64,000 nucleotides of DNA, taken from the NCBI GenBank assembly GCA_030844565.1, contig JAUUNK010000003.1, positions 14,367 through 78,366 of the forward strand, read 5' to 3'. This DNA comes from Bacteroides ovatus. GTDB lineage: Bacteria; Bacteroidota; Bacteroidia; Bacteroidales; Bacteroidaceae. The stretch's first letter is position 1. Each line of letters begins with the position of its first letter. A model generated the notes under the pieces. The model was not told the origin of the DNA. It worked only from the letters and a program-made list of their open reading frames with translations, and made no database searches. Positions 1 to 12,018 of the stretch are shown one piece after another. Both the position numbers and the translations under genes were made by a program.

Positions 1-556
1 TATGGATAATGTTGAAACGTTTATCTGTGAATTGGGGGTAGTTGTTGCGTTCGCTCTCGGAACGGAGGTCTACGATAGTCTTAATTCCTATATTGCGCAA
101 CTCACGTCGTGCACAAGGGCTTATGCTGTCTATCTGCGCCGAGCGGTAGAGCATTCCCCACCGCAGGTTGTTTCCGGTAGCTGAGGAACGGTATCCTCCC
201 AGGTCACGGAAGTTCTGCACGCCGGGGATATTCACATTGCGGGTAGCCACTTTCACGCGATAGCGGTCATTGAACACGAGCGTATAATAATAGCGCTGGG
301 AGGGGTCTTCCGTCACAATCGTCATCCGCCCGTTTGCTATGTCGGCTCTTGCCACGGGACTATTCTCCGGTATATAATCGGGATTCTTGGATGCATATAC
401 TTTGACCTGCCCCTTAATCTGGGGGGCGGTTTCCCATTTCACAATACAGTTGCCCACATTGTTCTCTTCACACACCACCGAGATAGTGGGGGGGGTATCG
501 TTACACGAAGGAAAAATCAATAAAACAGTAAGCCAGTTTAACAGGTTCTTATACAT
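1..556 (-). CDS. Tyrosine/serine protein phosphatase-like lipoprotein (Y_phosphatase3 family), 3' end outside the window
   Basis: Not in the ORF track because it runs off the edge. Manual translation from the ATG at 556 gives MYKNLLNWLTVLLIFPSC (lipobox-like), then VQNFRDLGGY, WGMLYRSAQ and IKTIVDLRSE, which are typical N-terminal motifs of this family. Confidence 0.8.
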   Translation of the reverse strand, partial: MYKNLLNWLTVLLIFPSCNDTPPTISVVCEENNVGNCIVKWETAPQIKGQVKVYASKNPDYIPENSPVARADIANGRMTIVTEDPSQRYYYTLVFNDRYRVKVATRNVNIPGVQNFRDLGGYRSSATGNNLRWGMLYRSAQIDSISPCARRELRNIGIKTIVDLRSESERNNYPQFTDKRFNIIH

Positions 557-586
557 AGTTTCTTTTGTCTGAAAAAACACTTTATG

Positions 587-594
587 CAAAGATA
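587..594 (-). promoter_or_regulatory. Bacteroides -7 promoter element (TATCTTTG) for the phosphatase gene
   Basis: caaagata on + reads TATCTTTG on -, matching TAnnTTTG about 30 bp upstream of the ATG. Confidence 0.55.
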
Positions 595-678
595 TGAATT
601 ACTGGCATATATGATAATTCCTTTGCGATAATTAGTCAAAGTACAGAGTTTTTAATACTAGCTTTCTGTCCTTCCCGC

Positions 679-1599
679 TCATTGGTAGCGGTGGGCGAAC
701 TCCAACGACACGGAGTTGCTGAAACTCTTGCAAACCTCCTGTGCAAAGTCCTTTCCGCATTGAATCACCTTGTCCCAGGTGCAGGCATCGAGGCTGCCCA
801 GGTCGCATTGGCGGACGTCATACTTCAACAAACCGTATATGAGCCCTGCATTAAAATTATCTCCTGCTCCGATGGTGCTCACCGTCTCCGTCGGTTCGAT
901 AGGATATTCTTTGGCAACCTCTCCCGTTCTCAAAGATATTGACTTTCCTCCTGCCGTACAGATAAAATTACGGCAATAAAACTGGATCTTGTCTTTGTAT
1001 ATCTTGTCCACTTCATTCAGCCCATACATATAGAAAAAGTCTTCTGCCGAGCCGCGCACGATGTCGGCATATTCAAGATTCTCGATGATGGTGGAAGCCA
1101 GCTTCATCGCCTCGTTCTTATGGGAGGAACGGAAGTTGGGGTCGTAGTATATAATAGCGTTCTTCTCCTTCGCCCGTTCGAGCAGATCGACCACTTTATC
1201 GCGAAGCACCGGATTGAGCGCATAATAGGAGCCTATCACCACAATATCGTCTTCTTCTATCGAAGGATAAACCACGTCCAGCCGTTGGCGGGGATAGTCT
1301 TTATAGAAAATATATTCCGCATCGCTGTGTTCGTTGAGGAAGGCGAGCGATACGGGAGATTTCCCGTCAGGGAAGACGTTCACATGGTCGGTAGGGATGT
1401 GATTCTCGCGCATGAATTGCAGGATGATATTTCCCACTTTATCGTTGCCCGTCTCGCTGATGAAACATACGGGAATGCCCATCCGCCCCAGGGATACGAT
1501 TCCATTGAATACCGAGCCTCCGGGTACAGCGGCTGAAGGCTGGTCGCCTTGAAAGATAATATCGAGAATAGTTTCTCCGATGCCTATTACTTTTCGCAT
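679..1599 (-). CDS. PfkB/ribokinase-family carbohydrate kinase
   Basis: N-terminal GIGETILD, a PGGSVFN motif and the C-terminal PfkB signature STIGAGDNFNAG; 306 aa. Confidence 0.92.
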   Translation of the reverse strand: MRKVIGIGETILDIIFQGDQPSAAVPGGSVFNGIVSLGRMGIPVCFISETGNDKVGNIILQFMRENHIPTDHVNVFPDGKSPVSLAFLNEHSDAEYIFYKDYPRQRLDVVYPSIEEDDIVVIGSYYALNPVLRDKVVDLLERAKEKNAIIYYDPNFRSSHKNEAMKLASTIIENLEYADIVRGSAEDFFYMYGLNEVDKIYKDKIQFYCRNFICTAGGKSISLRTGEVAKEYPIEPTETVSTIGAGDNFNAGLIYGLLKYDVRQCDLGSLDACTWDKVIQCGKDFAQEVCKSFSNSVSLEFAHRYQ

Positions 1600-2192
1600 A
1601 ATTCCCTGGATTTTTCTCCCAAATAGCCTCCGTGGTGGCGTTTGGAATATTCTTCAATGGTGAACCCGGTTTTCTTCATGGTCTGCACCACGAGGATGTC
1701 ACCGATTACGGTCATTGCCGTGGTGGAGGTGGTGGGTGTCATTCCCAGCACGCATACTTCTTTAGGACGCCCGGTGCTGAGGCAAACGTCCGACTCGTTG
1801 GCGAGAGGGCTGTCCGGGTTTCCGGTGATAACGATAAACTTCAATCCGGGATTGAGATTATGTGCCAGGCGGGTAAGTTCCACGATTTCACGCGTTTTTC
1901 CCGAGTTGGAAATCAGCAGCAGCAAATCGTTTTCCTGCAGAATGCCCAGGTCTCCGTGTTGCGCCTCGCTGGGATGGAGGAAGACCGACGGAATGCCGGT
2001 GGAACAGAAGGTGGTAGCTATATTCATGGCGATTTGCCCCGCCTTTCCCATGCCGGAGGTCACGAGTTTTCCTTTCTTTTTATATACTTGCTCAACAATG
2101 AGGTTGACTGCTTTCTCGTAAGCATCGGTTACAGGGATATTAAGCACGGCTTGTGCTTCTTTCTGTAAAAGGTCTTTTATGGATTCTATCAT
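1587..2192 (-). CDS. kdsD: SIS-domain D-arabinose 5-phosphate isomerase (KdsD/KpsF/GutQ family) without CBS domains
   Basis: Motifs SGMGKAG, FLHPSEAQHGDLG, ISNSGKT, PTTST and the C-terminal HHGGYLG. Only 201 aa, so no CBS pair. Overlaps the kinase start by 13 bp. Confidence 0.85.
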   Translation of the reverse strand: MIESIKDLLQKEAQAVLNIPVTDAYEKAVNLIVEQVYKKKGKLVTSGMGKAGQIAMNIATTFCSTGIPSVFLHPSEAQHGDLGILQENDLLLLISNSGKTREIVELTRLAHNLNPGLKFIVITGNPDSPLANESDVCLSTGRPKEVCVLGMTPTTSTTAMTVIGDILVVQTMKKTGFTIEEYSKRHHGGYLGEKSRELCEK

Positions 2193-2225
2193 ATTTATAT
2201 AAAGTGCTAAAGTATTTGTCTCTGT

Positions 2226-2777
2226 TTATTTGTCGTTCAGACAGGCCTCTATGCGTTCTATCAGTTCTTCGGGAGTATTCGCCAGCTCGATGTATGTGGA
2301 CAAAGGGCGGCGTGCAAACCCTTTTCCTTCCAGTTCTTCCAGTGCTTCGAGAAGCTTGTCGTAGAAGCCTTCCTGGTTATAAAGAATCACTTTCTTCGCG
2401 TGGTAACCCATCGTAGCGGAAGCCATAGTGTGGAATATCTCGTCATACGTGCCTATACCGCCCGGCAGAGCTACCAACACATCCGCCTTTTCGATGAGAA
2501 TATCCTTCCGGTCGCTCAGGTTGCGGGTATGGATAATCTCGTCCAGCAGGCTACTCACCTTTCCTATCTCTTCGAGTCTCTCCGGAACCACACCAAGAAC
2601 TTTGCCCCCGCTTTCTTTTACCGCTTGTGCCACGCATTGCATCAGTCCGACATTGGAACCGCCATACACCAACATCTTTTTCGTTTCACCTATCCACTGC
2701 CCTATGCAGCGTGCAGAGTCAAAGTACATTTTGTCAATGTTTCCAGACGCGGAACAGAAAATTCCTATCTTCTTCAT
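2226..2777 (-). CDS. LOG-family (TIGR00730-type) nucleotide monophosphate phosphoribohydrolase
   Basis: IGIFCSAS, LVYGGSNVGLM and PGGIGTYDE (the PGGxGTxxE LOG motif). Confidence 0.9.
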   Translation of the reverse strand: MKKIGIFCSASGNIDKMYFDSARCIGQWIGETKKMLVYGGSNVGLMQCVAQAVKESGGKVLGVVPERLEEIGKVSSLLDEIIHTRNLSDRKDILIEKADVLVALPGGIGTYDEIFHTMASATMGYHAKKVILYNQEGFYDKLLEALEELEGKGFARRPLSTYIELANTPEELIERIEACLNDK

Positions 2778-2843
2778 ATACGTTCTTGCTGTTATAGTTT
2801 ACAAATATCTGCAATTTTCTATAAACGACAATAAGTTTTATTG

Positions 2844-2851
2844 TATTTTTG
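2844..2851 (+). promoter_or_regulatory. -7 promoter element (TATTTTTG) for the M16 peptidase
   Basis: Matches TAnnTTTG about 30 bp upstream of the ATG at 2883. Confidence 0.55.
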
Positions 2852-2882
2852 CGCCGTAAATTTAATAAGCAAGTAGAAAACC

Positions 2883-4103
2883 ATGCAATACAACGAATAT
2901 ACCCTGCACAACGGGCTCCGAATCATCCACGAACCTTCTCTCTCCAAAGTGGCTTATTGTGGTTTTGCCATAGATGCCGGCACAAGGGATGAAGCTGAGA
3001 ATGAACAGGGTATGGCACATTTTGTAGAACACCTTATCTTCAAGGGAACGCAGAAGCGCAAAGCATGGCACATCCTTAACCGGATGGAAAATGTGGGGGG
3101 CGACCTCAACGCTTACACCAACAAAGAAGAAACAGTGGTCTACGCCGCCTTCCTGACCGAGCACTTTGCCCGTGCACTCGAATTGCTGGGCGACATCGTG
3201 TTCCATTCCACCTTTCCCCAACACGAGATTGAAAAGGAGACGGAGGTAATTATCGACGAGATTCAGTCGTACGAAGACACGCCGTCGGAACTTATCTTCG
3301 ACGATTTCGAGGATATGATTTTCCGCAACCACCCGCTGGGCAGAAACATATTGGGCAAGCCGGAGCAGCTCCGTAACTTCCGCACGCAGGATGTGCTCTC
3401 GTTTACCAACCGTTTCTATCACCCGGGAAACATGGTGTTCTTCGTACTGGGAAATTTCAACTTTAAAAAGATTGTACGCGACGCAGAAAAGTATCTGGGC
3501 GAAGTGCCCGCCATACCTGTGGAAAACCGCCGCACTCCTCCCCCGCTCTATGTGCCGGAACGGCTGATAGTGCCCAAAGATACCCATCAGGCGCACGTCA
3601 TGATAGGCAGCCGGGGCTATAATGCTTACGACGACAAGCGCACCGCGCTCTACCTCCTAAATAATATCCTCGGCGGACCGGGAATGAACAGCCGCCTCAA
3701 CGTATCTCTCCGCGAACGCCGCGGATTGGTCTACAACGTGGAGTCCAACCTGACTTCCTACACCGACACAGGCGCTTTCTGCATCTACTTCGGCACGGAC
3801 ATCGCCGATATGGACACCTGCCTCAGCCTGACCTATAAAGAACTCAAGCGAATGCGCGAAACGAAAATGACTTCTTCACAGCTCACCGCCGCCAAGAAGC
3901 AGCTCATCGGGCAGATTGGAGTAGCATCGGACAACAACGAGAACAACGCCCTGGGCATGGCGAAGACTTTCCTCCATTATCATAAATATGAGTCGCCCGA
4001 ATCGGTTTTCAAGCGCATCGAAGCGCTGACGGCGGAAGACTTGCTGGAAGTAGCCAACGAAATGTTTGCCGAAGAATATCTGTCGACGCTTATCTATAAA
4101 TAA
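2883..4103 (+). CDS. M16 (pitrilysin/insulinase) family zinc metallopeptidase
   Basis: Inverted zincin motif HFVEH (HxxEH), NAYT and SRLNVSLRERRGLVY; 406 aa. Confidence 0.93.
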   Translation: MQYNEYTLHNGLRIIHEPSLSKVAYCGFAIDAGTRDEAENEQGMAHFVEHLIFKGTQKRKAWHILNRMENVGGDLNAYTNKEETVVYAAFLTEHFARALELLGDIVFHSTFPQHEIEKETEVIIDEIQSYEDTPSELIFDDFEDMIFRNHPLGRNILGKPEQLRNFRTQDVLSFTNRFYHPGNMVFFVLGNFNFKKIVRDAEKYLGEVPAIPVENRRTPPPLYVPERLIVPKDTHQAHVMIGSRGYNAYDDKRTALYLLNNILGGPGMNSRLNVSLRERRGLVYNVESNLTSYTDTGAFCIYFGTDIADMDTCLSLTYKELKRMRETKMTSSQLTAAKKQLIGQIGVASDNNENNALGMAKTFLHYHKYESPESVFKRIEALTAEDLLEVANEMFAEEYLSTLIYK

Positions 4104-4115
4104 ACGGAGGAATGA

Positions 4116-4850
4116 TTATAACCGCGCACTGCGGTCCACTATCTTAATAAGGTTGTAGAGTTCCGCCACCTCGTCGAGCTCCACTTTATAATCGTTGAAC
4201 ATGTCGTTCAACGAGTGGCAGGTAATCACTCCGTTTTCCACATCGTGGTCTATAATCTTCTTGATAGAAATACCTTCGGTGCAGTGCACGATGATGAAAT
4301 ACCAATCGTGGATGTGCAAGCGCGAGCGCCACAAAGCCCGCTGCACCTCCCTGCCCAACACAATATCCCCGTCGCAAATAGACTGCCGTGTGCCATCGTC
4401 CATACTGTCCCCTTCCGCTTCGAAGAGGCGGTATTTTCCATGATAAGTCCGGTCTACAATCACCGGAAGCGTGGGCAACGTATCTATATACTCCGCATCG
4501 CCATATCCGCATAAGTACCCGCACTGTGCGCGTACATGCACCAAAGGAACATTCATAAACCCGGTTACGTCCATCCGGCGGGCATTGGACACGAAGGGCA
4601 AAGTGTTTTCGCTTTCCTTTTCTTCGGGCGGCGCCGCGTAGATTTCCCCCGTCCCGTACATCAGCCAATCGAATCTGTATTTGGGAAATCTTTCTATAAT
4701 CTTTTGGCACGTAGCGCGCGAAGGAGTCCTCTTTTCATTGATGATGCGCGTGATGGTTACATTATTATTAATACCCACCGCATGGCTGAAAGAATTTTTA
4801 TTCATCCTCTCTTCATCCATGATATATTTTAGTCTCTCCCAACCTTCCAT
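4116..4850 (-). CDS. XRE-type HTH plus S24 peptidase (LexA/phage CI-like) repressor
   Basis: N-terminal HTH ending in WLMYGTG, a cleavage-loop-like RAQCG, catalytic Ser in EGDSM and catalytic Lys in ISIKK. Confidence 0.82.
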   Translation of the reverse strand: MEGWERLKYIMDEERMNKNSFSHAVGINNNVTITRIINEKRTPSRATCQKIIERFPKYRFDWLMYGTGEIYAAPPEEKESENTLPFVSNARRMDVTGFMNVPLVHVRAQCGYLCGYGDAEYIDTLPTLPVIVDRTYHGKYRLFEAEGDSMDDGTRQSICDGDIVLGREVQRALWRSRLHIHDWYFIIVHCTEGISIKKIIDHDVENGVITCHSLNDMFNDYKVELDEVAELYNLIKIVDRSARL

Positions 4851-4956
4851 ATCAATAGTTATTATTAAAGTTAGTATATTGTTGCCATATAGACAGCAAA
4901 GAAAGCAATATTCTTTTTAAATACCAACAAGGAAGGTATAAAATAGGTCAAACTAT

Positions 4957-9228
<4,272 letters not shown>

Positions 9229-9283
9229 TTAAGTTATTCTATGCTTCACAGGAGGACTTTTCCTCCTCAAAGGTCTGCGCCTA

Positions 9284-9291
9284 CAAAGATA
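9284..9291 (-). promoter_or_regulatory. -7 promoter element (TATCTTTG) for the GH2 gene
   Basis: caaagata on +, about 70 bp upstream of the GH2 ATG. A short hairpin (aggagga/tcctcct, about 9250-9267) lies in the presumed leader. Confidence 0.55.
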
Positions 9292-9381
9292 GCCAGATTA
9301 GTAATTCATTCAGAATGGATTTATGACATGGTTATATGTAATCTTGCCATTACATGTTTGGGGAGAGGGTTTCTTCTCTTT

Positions 9382-9412
9382 TTTGGTAGAAGAGAGGTAT
9401 TTAATATCTTTG
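9382..9412 (+). promoter_or_regulatory. Canonical Bacteroides promoter (TTTG-N19-TATCTTTG) for the nucleotidyltransferase
   Basis: TTTG at 9382-9385 and TATCTTTG at 9405-9412, with a 19-bp spacer. Confidence 0.7.
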
Positions 9413-9442
9413 CAAGATAACATTCCAACTATCACAAAGAAT

Positions 9443-9736
9443 ATGAAAACGACCAGTGAAATAATCTCAGCTTTGCGTGAGTATAAAGCGCTGACAGCAG
9501 AGAAATACGGGATTGCGGTTTTGGGACTTTTGGGGTCTGTAGCCCGGGGTGAACAACGGGAGGATAGTGATATTGATGTATTCATCAAGTTAGAAAATCC
9601 TAGTTTCTTTATACGGATGAAAATACAGGATGAGTTGGAAAAGCTTTTTCGTACAAAAGTAGATGTCATTTCCCTGCATGAAGCAATGCGCGCATCGTTG
9701 CGGTATAATATAGAACAAGATGCAATCTACATTTAA
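9443..9736 (+). CDS. Minimal nucleotidyltransferase (MNT/MntA-like, Pol-beta superfamily)
   Basis: LLGSVARGEQREDSDIDV (GS...DxD), KVDVI and the typical C-terminal IEQDAIYI. Start moved to the ATG at 9443 (97 aa), downstream of the promoter. Confidence 0.88.
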   Translation: MKTTSEIISALREYKALTAEKYGIAVLGLLGSVARGEQREDSDIDVFIKLENPSFFIRMKIQDELEKLFRTKVDVISLHEAMRASLRYNIEQDAIYI

Positions 9737-9795
9737 ATTTACTGATTATTTGCTTGCACATACATATCTCGCCGCTTGCAAGCTCACAACCAGAC

Positions 9796-9868
9796 AAAAG
9801 GGTATCAGGAGAAGTGAATCGATAGGAGCCTCACAAAGGGTAACTATCTTTCCACTTCTCCTTAACCC
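9796..9868 (-). terminator. Long imperfect hairpin, probable terminator of the NVEALA transcript
   Basis: aggagaagtg (9807-9816) pairs with cacttctcct (9853-9862), with inner gatag/ctatc and outer gggt/accc pairs. TTTT follows on the minus strand. Confidence 0.55.
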
Positions 9869-9903
9869 ACCAATTCAATGTTTCTTATAAAATCAATCCC
9901 TAG

Positions 9904-10143
9904 TTAATCTAAACTATATCCTTGAATAACATATTGCACTATCATATAACTCTGAGGACAATCTACAGTTCCTATTCCGTAACAATATGTATTCATATCT
10001 GTAGTTTCATCACTACCCAAGGCTTCTACATTTTGCAATATCAACGCCTCTGTTTCTTGAGTGTCATTTCCTATTTTCCAATAAGCTATAGACATAAATA
10101 CTCCTAAGAGCACAACTACTTTTAAAACCTTTTTCATCTTCAT
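9904..10143 (-). CDS. NVEALA-family small exported peptide
   Basis: 79 aa with a basic/hydrophobic N-terminus, ILQNVEALG, and a C-terminal CYGIGTVDCP two-Cys motif typical of Bacteroides NVEALA proteins. Confidence 0.85.
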   Translation of the reverse strand: MKMKKVLKVVVLLGVFMSIAYWKIGNDTQETEALILQNVEALGSDETTDMNTYCYGIGTVDCPQSYMIVQYVIQGYSLD

Positions 10144-10173
10144 AATGCAATAGAATGTTTTTCAATACCGCCG

Positions 10174-10181
10174 CAAAAGTA
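10174..10181 (-). promoter_or_regulatory. -7 promoter element (TACTTTTG) for the NVEALA gene
   Basis: caaaagta on +, 30 bp upstream of the NVEALA ATG. Confidence 0.55.
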
Positions 10182-10208
10182 AAATGAAAATTCCGATATA
10201 GCACTTCC

Positions 10209-11324
10209 TTAACTGCTACCATTTACTACCTCTGCATCATTTATCGGATTTTCGTCAGTATCGTCCAAAAACATACCATATTTATCAGTCCCCACCCGAT
10301 TAAAGTTGATTGTAAAACCTACTTCGCTAAATTCATTACGAATACGAGAACACGCTACAGTAAACCGTTTGATGGTTGCAGTCGAGTCCTTTTTCCAAAT
10401 ATGATTTAAAATCTCTTCGTCTTCCAAAGTATAGTTTGGAGCTTCCAAGAAAAGCTTTAATATCATACAGGACTGCGGACGCAATTTCACCTTCTTTCCT
10501 TTAACAATAAGTATCTGCTTATGGGAATCAAATATTAATCCAGGGCGCAACTGATAAGTCTTAACTTCAACATCCCCAACCTCTTTTATAGGAGTATAGA
10601 TATTATGAGAAACTTCTTTGACTACAACCACTGTTTTCTCAATAACTTCTTTCTTAAAGAAACGGTGTCTAAAGAAGTATAGGCAACCAACTAACCCGAA
10701 TGTTATTAGTGATATTATCAAAATAGGAAATAATGGGAACCCTGAAAAAGCATATACGCTCCACCAAAAATAATCTAAAGAAGCAACAAATTCCATTTCA
10801 CACCTACTACCTACATAGAAAAGAAAATTATCAGACCTGCCAAATAAAGACTTTTTTCCAGTCGTACTAACTGAATAAATCACTTCGTCATTCAGCTTTG
10901 TTGCTGTTAAAGATAGTGTTGCACCTGCAACTTGAATCGTATTGTCAGAGAGTGTCTCAACCCACAATTGTTGCAGAGTATCAGCAGACAATGGTTTTAC
11001 TTCACAAACAATAGAAGACAGATTACGTTCACTAAAAATCTGAGAAATATTCTTTTTGCTTTTTAAAGGATCTACCTTATACTTTTTCCTACCTTTAGCA
11101 GTAGTAATAACTATTGTTAAAGGAACAGTGTCCGTAGCTACTTGTAAAGAAGTATGAGGCCAACCTAATTCTTTATACTTCTTTTCTATTTCTATCCTCA
11201 CCGTCTGTATAAGAAGATACTCCGCTTGCTTCCGCATAGCGACTTTACTCTCCTGATAAATGCTAACTAAAATTGCTATTAGCACTATTCCACCTATTGA
11301 TAATAGTAGCCTCCAATGTTTCAT
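10209..11324 (-). CDS. Membrane-anchored transcriptional regulator: TM, periplasmic domain, TM, C-terminal OmpR/PhoB-like winged helix
   Basis: Hydrophobic segments LLLSIGGIVLIAILVSI and FPLFPILIISLITFGLVGCLYFF. C-terminal LIFDSHKQIL...VKLRPQSCMILKLFLE...EILNHIW...CSRIR resembles Trans_reg_C. Start set at MKHWR (11324); the ORF track begins at 11453. Confidence 0.75.
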   Translation of the reverse strand: MKHWRLLLSIGGIVLIAILVSIYQESKVAMRKQAEYLLIQTVRIEIEKKYKELGWPHTSLQVATDTVPLTIVITTAKGRKKYKVDPLKSKKNISQIFSERNLSSIVCEVKPLSADTLQQLWVETLSDNTIQVAGATLSLTATKLNDEVIYSVSTTGKKSLFGRSDNFLFYVGSRCEMEFVASLDYFWWSVYAFSGFPLFPILIISLITFGLVGCLYFFRHRFFKKEVIEKTVVVVKEVSHNIYTPIKEVGDVEVKTYQLRPGLIFDSHKQILIVKGKKVKLRPQSCMILKLFLEAPNYTLEDEEILNHIWKKDSTATIKRFTVACSRIRNEFSEVGFTINFNRVGTDKYGMFLDDTDENPINDAEVVNGSS

Positions 11325-11604
11325 CTTCACGTAATTTGCTAGCAAATATAGCGCATTACCTAAAGACTTTCCTATAAAACCATGCATAAAATATGAGCGC
11401 AAAAATTTGGTTATTACTAATATTATATTACGCAGTCGAAAATAATAGGACAAGGCAATTAAAATGTAAGAATTATATCCTGTTAGGATAATTGACTATT
11501 AAAAATGTTCTGTTCAATCTTGCTGCTTTTCGTCTACTCATTATCGAAAAAAAGATATGCGTTTTATACTACTTCTGTTATCAGTTTATTAATAAAACCT
11601 CGTG

Positions 11605-11643
11605 GAGTTTATTATAAACGTGAGTATCGTTTATAATAAACTC
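11605..11643. repeat. Perfect 16-bp inverted repeat with a 7-bp spacer
   Basis: GAGTTTATTATAAACG-tgagtat-CGTTTATAATAAACTC. Confidence 0.9.
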
Positions 11644-11683
11644 TTATAGTCCCTTTTCGAGCTTAAAAACGGAAATTGACAAT

Positions 11684-11717
11684 AAAAAAGCTGCAACCTT
11701 TATCAAAAGGTTGCAGC
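11684..11717 (-). terminator. Rho-independent terminator on the minus strand
   Basis: 12-bp stem gctgcaaccttt/aaaggttgcagc with a 4-nt loop, followed by TTTTTT on the minus strand. Confidence 0.85.
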
Positions 11718-12018
11718 CCGAACAACTAACTTGTTAAAAGACATTCTATATCTTCGAGAAAAAGAAAATGAATTTTGTTAGGATATTGCACTTGTTTTTT
11801 ATAAAATCCGAAGGATAATTCCATATTTCACTACTTTGAATAAAATATTCGCTCCTTCGTTTATACCTATTTCCCCTCTGAGGAAACAAACAACAAACCA
11901 CCTCTTTAAAGGCTATACATACGGGGAAATGTTTCCCGTCAGTTGTAGCGAAAGATAAGATGCGTTTCATTTGTTTTTTCGGTTTAATAGGTTATTTATA
12001 ATTCTGCCTACAAATATA
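11684..12018 (-). other. Small divergent transcription unit upstream of susC (sRNA and/or the 74-aa ORF 11746..11970)
   Basis: TATATTTG -7 element at 12011-12018 (-), an A-rich leader, an ATG at 11970 and a terminator at 11684-11717. The protein has no recognisable motif. Confidence 0.45.

Noticed and set aside
2..572. Short plus-strand ORFs 2..184 and 387..572
   Set aside because: They are antisense to the phosphatase gene on the minus strand.
4116..4850. Prophage suggested by the CI-like repressor
   Set aside because: There is no integrase, cro, replication or structural gene nearby; the flanks are a peptidase and a GH2.
9310..9669. 119-aa minus-strand ORF as a possible HEPN toxin
   Set aside because: It is antisense to the MNT gene and shows no HEPN-like character.
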